Positions 47,254 through 57,704 are shown, counted from the first letter of the stretch. The stretch is DNA of 57,803 nt from an uncultured Methanosarcinales archaeon (GCA_964557345.1 CAZKZU010000004.1:1-57803); one strand, 5' to 3'. Numbers and translations: made by a program. The notes: generated by a model from the letters alone, not told the origin.

Positions 47254-47922
47254 ATGAAAAAGGATTATGTGCTAATTGTGGAAGATCGAAATAAGGAAGC
47301 AGATGTTGCAAAAAAAATCGCAGAATCACTTAATTTGGAAACTAAATTAGTTACCGAATATAGTTCTGCACTAAGTCTGATTACATACGATAAACCAATT
47401 GCAATTGCATCAGACTTATTTTTTCCCGCTGGAAGCATGGATCAAACGCCTTTTATTAACGAAGTTTTACCAAAATACATCGATCATCTTAAAACGTTTA
47501 GAAAAATTACTGACGGACCTTTAGTTAATGTTTTGCAACAAGTATTTGAAAAACCCAGCGAAATGTCTAAAGAAGAATTCTTTGACGAATTTTTGATGAA
47601 GCATTTCTTGAAGGATTGGGATGATGAAGGAGTGGAAGCAGTTAGAGATGCATATTTCGGAATTCAATTTTATACTAAATACACTAAACTTCAAAAACAC
47701 ATTCAAGAGATTGCAGAAGGGCGCGGATTACCGTATGGAATTTTGGTAAGTAGAGAAGCTGAAAAATTAAATATCCCGATTCAAATTGTAACTTCAACAA
47801 ATCATCACGACGTCTCATTTGAACCTGTCAGACGGTTAATTGGTAATTATACAGACAACATTGTTGATGGGCATAAAGACTGGAAGTATGCATTTAATAG
47901 TCTTATTGCTAAACTAAAGTAG
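47254..47922 (+). CDS. Receiver (REC)-domain-like protein with a large internal insertion
   Basis: VLIVED, IASDLFFP (phospho-Asp position), about 100 aa insertion, then G.....A....IPIQIVTS and KDW. Confidence 0.6.
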   Translation: MKKDYVLIVEDRNKEADVAKKIAESLNLETKLVTEYSSALSLITYDKPIAIASDLFFPAGSMDQTPFINEVLPKYIDHLKTFRKITDGPLVNVLQQVFEKPSEMSKEEFFDEFLMKHFLKDWDDEGVEAVRDAYFGIQFYTKYTKLQKHIQEIAEGRGLPYGILVSREAEKLNIPIQIVTSTNHHDVSFEPVRRLIGNYTDNIVDGHKDWKYAFNSLIAKLK

Positions 47923-47965
47923 GCACTATAAAAGTAATGTGACTATTTTGAGAAAGCAGAGTAAA

Positions 47966-48622
47966 TTATTTCTTTTTTCTAGGTTTGGAGTTTAAGTCTA
48001 CCTTATACACATAATAAGAATAAATTAATAAAAATATTACTACAATAAGGATAAGTAATAAAACAAATAGGAAGACGTATTTCTGAAAAAATAATCCTAT
48101 TAAACAAAGTATCCCTACTAATTTAAATAAATCTCCTCCTAATTTATGAGTTTTATCCCATACAACATCACTGCTTAATGTCCAAGGAGTTCTTATTCCA
48201 ATAAACCAGTTTCTTTTTACATGTTTTAATAAAATACCTAAATAAAAGAAAAGAAAACCCATTGCAAGAGGAATAACTAAATTCATGCTGAATTTAATTC
48301 CTAGATTCCATAAAATTATTTGGCAATGAATTAATAACATAAAAAATGTAAATGATAAAATAAATCCCTCGTAATACGACTGAAATTGTTTTATATTTTC
48401 TTTTAAAGGATCAAGTCTAGGAACAAATGATAATAATAACACCAAACCCAATGTAATTAGCGGAAGTAAAAATAATCCCCACAATTTAGACATATAGCCA
48501 TTTACATCACCATTAGCATTCCAATGACTTGCAACTAAGTTTGGCATTTGAGGATAATAGTAAATGGATATGAGAAAGGAAAGTAAAACAAGCAGATATG
48601 TTGCAAATATGGTTTTTTTCAT
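47966..48622 (-). CDS. SdpI/DUF1648 family membrane immunity protein
   Basis: YPQMPNLVASHWNANGDVNGY, RNWFIGIRTPWTLSSDVVWDKTH; likely start ATG 48622. Confidence 0.9.
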   Translation of the reverse strand: MKKTIFATYLLVLLSFLISIYYYPQMPNLVASHWNANGDVNGYMSKLWGLFLLPLITLGLVLLLSFVPRLDPLKENIKQFQSYYEGFILSFTFFMLLIHCQIILWNLGIKFSMNLVIPLAMGFLFFYLGILLKHVKRNWFIGIRTPWTLSSDVVWDKTHKLGGDLFKLVGILCLIGLFFQKYVFLFVLLLILIVVIFLLIYSYYVYKVDLNSKPRKKK

Positions 48623-48638
48623 TTTTATTTTCTCATAA

Positions 48639-49328
<690 letters not shown>

Positions 49329-49360
49329 CTACCTTTTATATGTTTCGATTTACATAATAC

Positions 49361-51505
49361 CTAACGGAAAAATTGTTCTGGATCAAATAAATCAGTTATC
49401 CAAATATAAAACTTTTGCCAAAGAGTTCTTTCTTCCATATAAATATTAAAATCTGCAGAATCAGTTTGTCTTTCTTGAACATCAGTCTCAGGAATATCTG
49501 AACTAGAGCTTAAATTTCCTTGACTAGAAGAAAAATCTACTTGAATTTTAGGCGGAGTATTAATGTTAATATTTGTGCCTGAACTTTTTCCTGCATCATA
49601 GCCTACTTCAATACTTATTTTATTTTCACCATCGTTTAAATATCTTGTATTAATTGGAATTTTAATGTCAGTATTTTGGTCAATTACACCAACGTCCCAA
49701 TCAGAAGTGTGACCGTTTACGACCATAGTGATTACTGTATCAGTGGGAGAGGTATTTGAAAGTTTAATTAGTTTAGCATTTACTGATAAATCATCGTATA
49801 GTTTTGTATCATTAGGGCCAGATAATTCTATTTTTAATTTAGGCCTTTGAACAACAGTATACTGAATTTGTTTAGTTATTTTATTGCCATCAAAAGTAGC
49901 ATCAACAGTTACGTTTTGTATTCCCATAAGTGAATTTTGGGTGAAAAAATCTTTTGAGATATTTCTTTGAAGTGCAATTTCGTTATTATCACAAGTAATT
50001 TTACCATCATTTAAAGTAATACAAACTTTAGCAACTATATGAGTATTACCTTTATTTTCTAATAGACATTTAATTGAATTAGACTCATTTTCATATATTT
50101 GAGGATTATAAGCGCATTCTATTTCAAGAGTGCCGTTTATTTTTTCTTGCCTTGCATCTATAAAAGCCTGTATATCTTGATAAGTAATATATCTTCTATC
50201 ATCAGCAACATCAAATGAAGTTGAATACATTGTTCCAAAACCTGTTACAACTTCTAAAGGTATTGTATAAATGTAATTTGCAGATAATTCCTTGACTTTT
50301 AATGGAACGTAATAATATTTCTCCTCGTTTGGTTTAAGAAAAATAGGAATTGCTTTAGGCAAGTCAACTTCTGAAGGAGCATAAATATTTAGAACAGATG
50401 AGACGTAATAATTTTTATTATTTTTAGCTTTAATTTTTAATAAATCATATGATCCTTGTTTTACTGAGAAATAAATTGGATCAATTACAAGACTAAAATC
50501 ATCTTCAACTTTTCCTGTATGATTAAGAATTACTGCTTTAAAAGAGGTATCTTTGGGCGTTACTTCTATTTTATCGAGATTTCTCGCTTTCCAAGTATAA
50601 TCAGTGCTCGTTGAATCTGCATCATAACTTTCTTTCATGATTATGTGACTTGCATCAACAAATCCAAATTCACCATAAGTTAAATCGAATGGAACCCAGC
50701 CATATTCTGGAAAATAAACTTCCGCCCAAGCATGAAGACCCCATTTTTCTTTGAAAAGGGGAGAGTTCGTATAAGACATTCCTGAGACAAATCGTGTTGG
50801 TATTCCTAGACTTCGCATCATTGAAATAAATAAAACAGTAGATTCATCACAAACTCCTCTTTTATTTGCAAATACCCAACTAGCCTTTTGCTGAGCATTA
50901 AGAGAAATAGAACTTAAATCATAATTAATATTTTTATAAACCCAATATGCTACTGTTTGTGAAACATCAAATAAATCATCTTTTCCAGAAGCTAATTCTG
51001 ATGCTTGAGAGATTATTTCAGGAGTTTGGTCGATTAACTCAGTCTCTTTTAGATATATCTGATAGTCTTTTGGAACAGATTTTATAGGGAAAATTATTTT
51101 TGACCCAACTTTTTGATATTCATTTTTTGTTTCTACGATATATTTTGCACTAAAATCGATATTTGTTTCAGAAGTATCTGCCCAAGTAAAAGTTAAATTA
51201 TTTCCAACTATTAATGGCGTGGGAAGAAAATCTGCAGAAAGTAAAGTTTGTCTAAAAGTATTTAGAGGATAAAATTGATATTTTGCATTTAACTCCATTA
51301 TAGATAATCCAGGTTTGCTGTAGACTATAGTTGCCCCACCTGAAATAGTTTGTTCGATAACTAAATCTTGACTGGAGTAAATTGTTGATGCTTCAGGATC
51401 AAGAGCAGCAATTACGCTAGTTGCTAAAAACATTATAAGTAATATAAAAATTAAAATAAACAATACCTTGCGCAGTTCTCGCTTTAAAATCATATTTTCA
51501 TTCAT
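49361..51505 (-). CDS. Secreted transglutaminase-like domain protein
   Basis: Signal peptide; RGVCDE...LF....RSLGIPTRFVSG, HAWAEVY..EYGWVPFDLT (Cys-His-Asp triad). Confidence 0.88.
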   Translation of the reverse strand: MNENMILKRELRKVLFILIFILLIMFLATSVIAALDPEASTIYSSQDLVIEQTISGGATIVYSKPGLSIMELNAKYQFYPLNTFRQTLLSADFLPTPLIVGNNLTFTWADTSETNIDFSAKYIVETKNEYQKVGSKIIFPIKSVPKDYQIYLKETELIDQTPEIISQASELASGKDDLFDVSQTVAYWVYKNINYDLSSISLNAQQKASWVFANKRGVCDESTVLFISMMRSLGIPTRFVSGMSYTNSPLFKEKWGLHAWAEVYFPEYGWVPFDLTYGEFGFVDASHIIMKESYDADSTSTDYTWKARNLDKIEVTPKDTSFKAVILNHTGKVEDDFSLVIDPIYFSVKQGSYDLLKIKAKNNKNYYVSSVLNIYAPSEVDLPKAIPIFLKPNEEKYYYVPLKVKELSANYIYTIPLEVVTGFGTMYSTSFDVADDRRYITYQDIQAFIDARQEKINGTLEIECAYNPQIYENESNSIKCLLENKGNTHIVAKVCITLNDGKITCDNNEIALQRNISKDFFTQNSLMGIQNVTVDATFDGNKITKQIQYTVVQRPKLKIELSGPNDTKLYDDLSVNAKLIKLSNTSPTDTVITMVVNGHTSDWDVGVIDQNTDIKIPINTRYLNDGENKISIEVGYDAGKSSGTNININTPPKIQVDFSSSQGNLSSSSDIPETDVQERQTDSADFNIYMEERTLWQKFYIWITDLFDPEQFFR

Positions 51506-51617
51506 TTTAAACTAATCTTAATACTTCCATATCTCAAGCATTTATATATTTAGGGGTATGTTTTTCAGTTATCTTGTACGCACTGATTTTCTATTTTAGG
51601 AAATTATGCCGATACTC

Positions 51618-51869
51618 GGCTAATATGAAACCCTCCGGTTTTTGGTCTGCATCCGTCCTAGTGATTCGCTGTTTGTATTCGCGAGTTCTACTTCCCCGTT
51701 GGGGGTAATCTCACTTCGTTCAGTATATTTTCCTTTCAGTCAAATCCCTTTCGTACGTCGTACTTCAAGGGTTGCAAGACGTGACTTTGCAACCTTCCCC
51801 CGTTACGAACATACTGTCAACATAAATTGTACTGCGGTAAAGATGCAGGCCGAGGGTTTCATATTAGCC
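51618..51869. mobile_element. Non-autonomous MITE (252 bp) with 18 bp TIRs and a 9 bp target-site duplication
   Basis: TIR GGCTAATATGAAACCCTC (51618-51635) / GAGGGTTTCATATTAGCC (51852-51869). Direct repeat CCGATACTC at 51609-51617 and 51870-51878. GC-richer than the flanks. Confidence 0.88.
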
Positions 51870-51914
51870 CCGATACTCAAAACCTTTTTAAAGCTAATAG
51901 TCAATTAATGAGTT

Positions 51915-53384
51915 ATGAAAAAGGGGTGTACGCGATTTGCAGTATTAGTATTGCTATTTCTTTTTAGTGCAATTACACTTATTTCAATTCCTGCCTTTGC
52001 TTTAGACACAAATTCATCTGCGCCTATTTTTGGATTTTTAGGTTGTGACATTACTGAAAATACCGTCGCAGGTTATAAAATAATGAATTCAGGACCATCT
52101 TTATTTTGGTCTGAAAAAGAAATTAATTATGCTTCTGGAAACGTGATAACATTATACGATCAAATACATTCAACTGATTCTTCCAATAACTGGCTTTACT
52201 TTAAAGGAATGCTGGATAGATATCCATCAACTAAATATATTTGGCTAGAACTTTGTCCTGGTCAAAATATGAGCGGGTTTAAGTATGAAAACCTTTTAGC
52301 AATTCAAACAAAAATTGAGGAACTTGCACCTGGAAAACAGATTTATGTTTCTATTGAACCTGAGAAAGAAGTTAATAATTGCGTAAATGAAGATCCAGCA
52401 GGATTTACCATGCTTGAAAGCTACAAAGATATGTTAGTTTTAGAAGGAAAAGCAATAGCTGGACCTTCTTTTGTTCCACTGAAAAATAACGAAGTAACTT
52501 TAAATTGCATAGCTGGAACTAATGGTAAATCCAGTCTTGGATTACAATTAAGTAACTTTTTTTATTATAAAAATTTTAGTGGTTCAACAACATTAGACCA
52601 AACTACTCCAAACAATTCGAATGGTGGTATAACCAATAATTTAAGTAACAACTCAACTAATAATAATACTGATATCAATGGAAATAATAGTTATAATGAT
52701 TCTTTTTTCACAAACCTTAATTTATCTAATTTAAATAATACAAATAATAGCGGAAATAATAATACGAATAATGAATATAATGATATTGCAAATAATTCTA
52801 CTGTTTACGATAATAATAGTGAATATAATAGTAATAACAATGGTGGTTTAAATCTAAATTTAGGACTTGGAAGCAATGTTGTGAATTCTGGTAACAATAT
52901 GAATAATATAGATTATCCAAAACTAGCTTCAGAAATCTCTAATTATATGGCAGTACCAGAAGCCGTACCAGATTATACATTTAACTTTATTTTAATTTAT
53001 TCTCTTATAGGATTTCTTATATTTTTGAACATTTTTGTTTTAGTTTTTGTATTGCGAGGAAGAAATGCATATACTCCTAGTTCTGATGAAATTAAACCAT
53101 CATATGCAAATTATTCAAGTAAAGATTTTGAAAGAAGCACAGATAATTCTAAAAGTATTTCAAACAGTCCTACAAAATCAAAAATTCCGGTTTATGATAA
53201 TAAAGCGCCAATAGCTAAAAGCCCAGTTAATCAGAAATTAAAAAGTTATATTTTAGAAAATCTTAAATCATATGCATATGATACAATTAGATCTGCACTT
53301 TTAAAAGAAGGATTTAAGGCAGAAACAGTTGATGAAGTTTATTACGACATAAGAATAGAATTAGAAGATAAACCTAAGAAATAA
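51915..53384 (+). CDS. Secreted/membrane-anchored protein with an Asn-rich linker
   Basis: Signal peptide, globular N-domain, N-rich low-complexity stalk, TM helix and cytoplasmic tail. Confidence 0.7.
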   Translation: MKKGCTRFAVLVLLFLFSAITLISIPAFALDTNSSAPIFGFLGCDITENTVAGYKIMNSGPSLFWSEKEINYASGNVITLYDQIHSTDSSNNWLYFKGMLDRYPSTKYIWLELCPGQNMSGFKYENLLAIQTKIEELAPGKQIYVSIEPEKEVNNCVNEDPAGFTMLESYKDMLVLEGKAIAGPSFVPLKNNEVTLNCIAGTNGKSSLGLQLSNFFYYKNFSGSTTLDQTTPNNSNGGITNNLSNNSTNNNTDINGNNSYNDSFFTNLNLSNLNNTNNSGNNNTNNEYNDIANNSTVYDNNSEYNSNNNGGLNLNLGLGSNVVNSGNNMNNIDYPKLASEISNYMAVPEAVPDYTFNFILIYSLIGFLIFLNIFVLVFVLRGRNAYTPSSDEIKPSYANYSSKDFERSTDNSKSISNSPTKSKIPVYDNKAPIAKSPVNQKLKSYILENLKSYAYDTIRSALLKEGFKAETVDEVYYDIRIELEDKPKK

Positions 53385-53387
53385 GGT

Positions 53388-54263
53388 TTAATCTTTTTTC
53401 TCAAGAACTAATATTAATTTTGAAAGAGACTTATGCATGTATACTTTATGTTTAAAAGTAGTTTTCCAGCCCTTAATAGTATATTTATCATCAGGAACTA
53501 CAATTACTGCTTTATCAGTACAAGGTTTGACTTGTTCAAGAAAGTCTAGTAAAAGATCATTTACACTTCTATCAATTTTAGTCGATAATCCAAAAGGAAG
53601 TTCTGTGATAATTGCATCACATGTCTCATTTAATTTTAGTGCATCACCGATTTCAACAGTTGCATCGGATTTGAAAAATGCAATATTCTTTTTTGCTTTT
53701 TCAATCATTGAATATTCAATATCGTATCCTTTTGCAACAAGACCTAAAAATGAAGCTTCCATTATTATTCCACCAGTTCCACAGAACGGATCGATGATTT
53801 TTCCTTTTTTTAAGCCAGAAAGATTGACTAAAATTCTCGCGAGTTGAGCTTTACATGCTCCTGGATGAAATCCTGGTCGAAATTTAGGATCTCTTTTTAG
53901 GAATGGTTTTTTATTTATATAAAATAATTCGCAGAATTTATTTCCACCAACATTAATAATAGAATAAGTTTTTTCTGGGTTTTTTAAGTCAACTTTTGAA
54001 CCTTTATCTTTTAATATATTTACTATGTGAGGATTGACAGGACCTTCAAATTTGAATGTTTTTGGAATCTCAGGGAAAACGTGCTTGAAAACCATACTTT
54101 CATCACACAGTATTCTAAACCCTCTTCGAGTTAATCCAAATCTGAAATAAACTCCATCATCTTTAAGCAAAAAAAGATTACCAAATTGTTTAGCTTCAAC
54201 AAAGGATTCAATCTCCTGTTTTGCTAATTCAATATCTTCTTTTGATGTTTCAAGTATTATCAT
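53388..54263 (-). CDS. tRNA (guanine-N2) methyltransferase, Trm11/TrmG10-like (THUMP + MTase)
   Basis: KVDLKNP, RP.FHPG....LARILVNL, IDPFCGTGG, GYDI, TELPFG. Confidence 0.8.
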   Translation of the reverse strand: MIILETSKEDIELAKQEIESFVEAKQFGNLFLLKDDGVYFRFGLTRRGFRILCDESMVFKHVFPEIPKTFKFEGPVNPHIVNILKDKGSKVDLKNPEKTYSIINVGGNKFCELFYINKKPFLKRDPKFRPGFHPGACKAQLARILVNLSGLKKGKIIDPFCGTGGIIMEASFLGLVAKGYDIEYSMIEKAKKNIAFFKSDATVEIGDALKLNETCDAIITELPFGLSTKIDRSVNDLLLDFLEQVKPCTDKAVIVVPDDKYTIKGWKTTFKHKVYMHKSLSKLILVLEKKD

Positions 54264-54371
54264 ATCAATAAAATAGACTTTAATTGCTTTTATAAGTCTT
54301 TAGATTTTTAATTCAAACTAAACAGATACAACATAAATATAATCATCATACATCTCTCTAAATACAATCAA

Positions 54372-54507
54372 AAAATATACTGCCTGACTATGAGCCAATA
54401 ATTCGTATGACTCAATGGAGCAGCGAGGAGTGTTAACGAACGAGCGTCGCGACTATACTCAGGCGAATGCCGACAAAAAGAAGGAAGGCGAATTGGCAGT
54501 ATATTTT
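54372..54507 (+). mobile_element. TATAC...GTATA MITE-like structured repeat, copy C
   Basis: IR AAAATATACTGCC/GGCAGTATATTTT; aligns with copies A and B. Confidence 0.85.
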
Positions 54508-54635
54508 ACCAATGAAGCAATAAGTGAAGTTATTTAATACTAATAACCTAATTTCTAGAGCAAGCTTTAAAAAGCCGGGTTTTTTCAATAAATTCAACTT
54601 ATTATAGCTTTGGAATGTTAGTCCAACAATATTAA

Positions 54636-54710
54636 GGGCCGTTAGCTCAGCCTGGCTAGAGCGTCCCCCTCTTAAGGGGAAGGTCGTGAGTTCAAATCTC
54701 ACACGGCTCA
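54636..54710 (+). tRNA. tRNA-Lys (CUU)
   Basis: GGGCCGT...TCCCC CT-CTT-AA GGGGA...GTGAG TTCAAAT CTCAC ACGGCTC A cloverleaf. Confidence 0.95.
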
Positions 54711-54759
54711 TTTTTTTATTTTATTTAATTATTTAAAAAATCAGAAATCAAAATCATAT

Positions 54760-54832
54760 GCTCTTGTAGTGTAGCGGCCAATCATACGGGATTCTCGATC
54801 CTGTGACTCGGGTTCAAATCCCGACGAGAGCA
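54760..54832 (+). tRNA. tRNA-Glu (CUC)
   Basis: GCTCTTG...CGGGA TT-CTC-GA TCCTG...TCGGG TTCAAAT CCCGA CGAGAGC A cloverleaf. Confidence 0.95.
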
Positions 54833-54954
54833 TTTTATTCTTCATTAGAATTAACAATTTTGGGGATTTGAACATCTACGAAATCTACGGATTTCTTGAC
54901 CTTTCGTAAGCATCGGCTACTTCAAGGAATCCCGATAGGAGCATTTTATTCTTC
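54817..54954 (+). repeat. Direct repeat of the tRNA-Glu 3' end (att-like) enclosing a short structured segment
   Basis: AATCCCGACGAGAGCATTTTATTCTTC (54817-54843) vs AATCCCGATAGGAGCATTTTATTCTTC (54928-54954), 24/27 identical. Confidence 0.8.
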
Positions 54955-55101
54955 TTTTGAAATAATATATTATCTGATTTTTTCACTTGCAAGTTAAGAT
55001 TAATCTCAATATTTATAAGGAATATATTATTCTTTATTTTACAAAAAAGGGTTAATTAAATAAAAATTAAGTTATAATATCTTAAGAAATCAAAAAGGAA
55101 T

Positions 55102-56556
55102 ATGGAAAAAAATAAAGTTGTTTGGGATAGCGAATCAGCGGATAATTATTCTTTAGACCTAGTTGGAGGAAAAGGGTACAATTTACTTAAACTTGCAGAT
55201 TATTCTCGAAGCTCGGGACTATTTGTTGTCCCGAAATTTTTTATGATTCCTCCAATTTCTCAAGAATGGACAGATGGAACAAAAGTAAAATACGACTCTC
55301 TTTTTGTTGAAGAAGCGTTTGCTAAATTGAGTAAACCAGTTGTAGTACGTTCATCTTCGCCTTTGGAAGATGGAATTAAAGCTTCATTTGCAGGAAGATT
55401 TTTGACAAGAAAAAACGTTGATGATTTAGAGGGACTATATAGAGCAATTAATGATGTCAAAGAATCAGTATTTTCAAATTTTGTAGAACAATATGCAGAA
55501 AAAATGGATATAGAAATGGAATATCATATGCCTGTAATTATTCAAGAACAAGTCAGAAAAGACAGCGAAAGGATAGTTTTGCAATTTGACGAAGACGGTG
55601 CAGTTCTAGAATCTTTTTATGGAAAAAATGGGGAAGAAGTTAGCACTCATGACTATTCATGGCGAGAATTAGATAATTTATTTGAAGATTCTAAATTAGA
55701 AAAATATGCTAAATCTTCTAAGGAAGAGTCTCTTTTTAATCTGCCTCATATTGGAGAAGGACAATATTATTATGCGTTACAAGTTGCTAGAAGAGCAAAA
55801 AAAATAATGAATTTAGAAGGAACAGTTCAAGTAGAAGCATTTTTACATGGAAGATCTTTGCCTATTTTTGTTCAAATACGACAACTTCCCAAGTTATTAG
55901 CAGTTGGCAGTTGTTCAGATATTTCTATTCCTGATGGTACTCCATATATTGAATCGAAAGTTTGTAATGGAATTGCTGGAGAAGCATCTCTTCCTGCATA
56001 TGTTACATTTAGCCAATCAGGTTTTAAAAGAATAATGATTGAAACCGGTCAGTCTAATTTAATCGGTTTGCGTGGAGAAGGAGATGAAAGAGCAGATCGA
56101 TTTAGAAAAGAAAGTAAACTTGCTACTAATGGAGACTACAGAGATTTTGTAAATATTGCTTTAGCAGAAAGATTTGAAGGACTACAAAGAATTATGCATG
56201 CATACAACAGTGTTTGGAAAAGAGGAAATAAATTATTCCCAGAATATGTTTTGGTTTGTGATAAATTAGATGAAACTATCGCAGGGATGACTAATCTAAC
56301 AACAAATAAAAAAGCAATTATAACTTGCGCAGAAGCAAGTAAAACGTCTCATGCGATGACTGTTGCTAGAGATTTAGGAATTATTGCAATGGGTATAGAA
56401 GGAGATTATTATGACTTGGAACCCAAATTCTTTCATAAAATTCAAACAGGAGATTTAGTTAAAATCAAAAGTGATGGTAAAAGAGCTGTAGCTTACATAG
56501 AAAAGAAAAGAGAAGCTGATCCTACTATTCAACTTGAGTCTCCTCCTGAAGTTTAG
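55102..56556 (+). CDS. PEP-synthase/PPDK-like ATP-binding domain + phosphohistidine swivel domain protein
   Basis: VGGKG.NL..L, VVVRSSSPLED...SFAG.F, MPVIIQE, VQIR; C-terminal SHAMTVARDLGI...IQTGD.V...DG. No PEP-binding TIM barrel. Confidence 0.8.
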   Translation: MEKNKVVWDSESADNYSLDLVGGKGYNLLKLADYSRSSGLFVVPKFFMIPPISQEWTDGTKVKYDSLFVEEAFAKLSKPVVVRSSSPLEDGIKASFAGRFLTRKNVDDLEGLYRAINDVKESVFSNFVEQYAEKMDIEMEYHMPVIIQEQVRKDSERIVLQFDEDGAVLESFYGKNGEEVSTHDYSWRELDNLFEDSKLEKYAKSSKEESLFNLPHIGEGQYYYALQVARRAKKIMNLEGTVQVEAFLHGRSLPIFVQIRQLPKLLAVGSCSDISIPDGTPYIESKVCNGIAGEASLPAYVTFSQSGFKRIMIETGQSNLIGLRGEGDERADRFRKESKLATNGDYRDFVNIALAERFEGLQRIMHAYNSVWKRGNKLFPEYVLVCDKLDETIAGMTNLTTNKKAIITCAEASKTSHAMTVARDLGIIAMGIEGDYYDLEPKFFHKIQTGDLVKIKSDGKRAVAYIEKKREADPTIQLESPPEV

Positions 56557-56645
56557 ATTTTTTATTTAATACGTCTACAGAACTCTTTTTCAATACTAAT
56601 GAAAAACAGCTTTATTCTTTTATTAATTGATACTTAAATTAAAGT

Positions 56646-57299
56646 TTATCCAATCATTATATTAGAAACTTTATGTGGATATGGGAAACCTATTACTTTT
56701 AGAGGTCGTTTTAATGACGGAATATGATTATATACTGATTCTACTCGTCTAGGCATACCATTTGTAGAACCAAAATCTCTATGATATTTAGATTCACTAA
56801 AATATTCTGTTAGAATCGCTGGAGATAATTCAGTACCAAATACTGTTACGCCTTTTGATATGGGCTTTTGATGATGCAATCTTCTCCAAATTTCTATTTC
56901 AACATCTGAAGAATTATGAAGATTTTTTCTTAATTCATCAGTTCCTTTTGCATACCAAGAAATAGGAATACCTTTTTTTGATTTTCCTGTAAAATCAACA
57001 CATCTATAAATTCCTTCATCCCAAACTCTTGCACCTGGAAGAAAGCGTATCTTTCCCTTAACTTCGGTTTCAATTGCTTCAAATAAATCTTTTGCCGTTA
57101 CGACTAAATCATCGAGTTGTCCTTTAGAAATATATTCTCTCCATTTCTCAATTTTGAGATTTTCTCGTTTAATTCTTTGATAATGATCATTTTGAAATAT
57201 TCTGCCGATTGCAAGAGCATTGGCTGTAACTTCACCATGAAGTCTAGCTTCTAATTTCCATCGCTTACTATCTCGAACATTATTCATGACCATTTCCAT
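56646..57299 (-). CDS. Hypothetical protein
   Basis: Intact ORF with an upstream TATA box. Confidence 0.6.
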   Translation of the reverse strand: MEMVMNNVRDSKRWKLEARLHGEVTANALAIGRIFQNDHYQRIKRENLKIEKWREYISKGQLDDLVVTAKDLFEAIETEVKGKIRFLPGARVWDEGIYRCVDFTGKSKKGIPISWYAKGTDELRKNLHNSSDVEIEIWRRLHHQKPISKGVTVFGTELSPAILTEYFSESKYHRDFGSTNGMPRRVESVYNHIPSLKRPLKVIGFPYPHKVSNIMIG

Positions 57300-57395
57300 A
57301 ATAAAAGTAGAAAGGTTGATATTTATATATTTATTCTCTATAGTTAGTATTTTTCTGTTGCAAAATTATTTAAACAAGTGAATTTAATCATAAAT

Positions 57396-57704
57396 ATGAG
57401 CATCATAATAGTTTACATAACGTATCCAAATATGAAGGAAGCTAAGAAAATAATCTCTCACTTAATCCAAAAGAAGATTATTGCTTGTGCTAACTTTTTC
57501 CCTGTTGAAAGTTGTTTTTTTTGGAAAGGGAAAGTTGAGAATTCCAAGGAAATTGTATCCATTGCTAAAACTAAAAAAGCTAATTGGAAAAAAATTAAAC
57601 TTGAAGTTAAAAAAATGCATTCCTATGAAACTCCTTGCATCCTAAAATTTGATGTTGAAGCAAATGAAGAATTTGAATCTTGGGTTAAATCTGAAACTAA
57701 ATAA
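57396..57704 (+). CDS. cutA: Divalent-cation tolerance protein CutA
   Basis: VYITYP...EA..I...L.....IACAN, S.F.WKGKVE...E, KT, HSYETPCI. Confidence 0.92.
   Translation: MSIIIVYITYPNMKEAKKIISHLIQKKIIACANFFPVESCFFWKGKVENSKEIVSIAKTKKANWKKIKLEVKKMHSYETPCILKFDVEANEEFESWVKSETK

Noticed and set aside
51618-51869. RNase P RNA or SRP RNA
   Set aside because: I found no GAGGAAAGUCC or P4 motifs and no SRP helix-8 motif on either strand. TIRs plus a TSD explain the boundaries better.
51642-51908. 88 aa ORF as a possible transposase
   Set aside because: It lies almost entirely within the MITE and has no DDE or HUH motifs.
52600-52910. AAT-rich repetitive DNA as a tandem repeat or array
   Set aside because: It encodes the Asn-rich linker of 51915..53384 and has no fixed unit or spacers.
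54433-54711. 92 aa minus-strand ORF
   Set aside because: Antisense to tRNA-Lys and repeat copy C.
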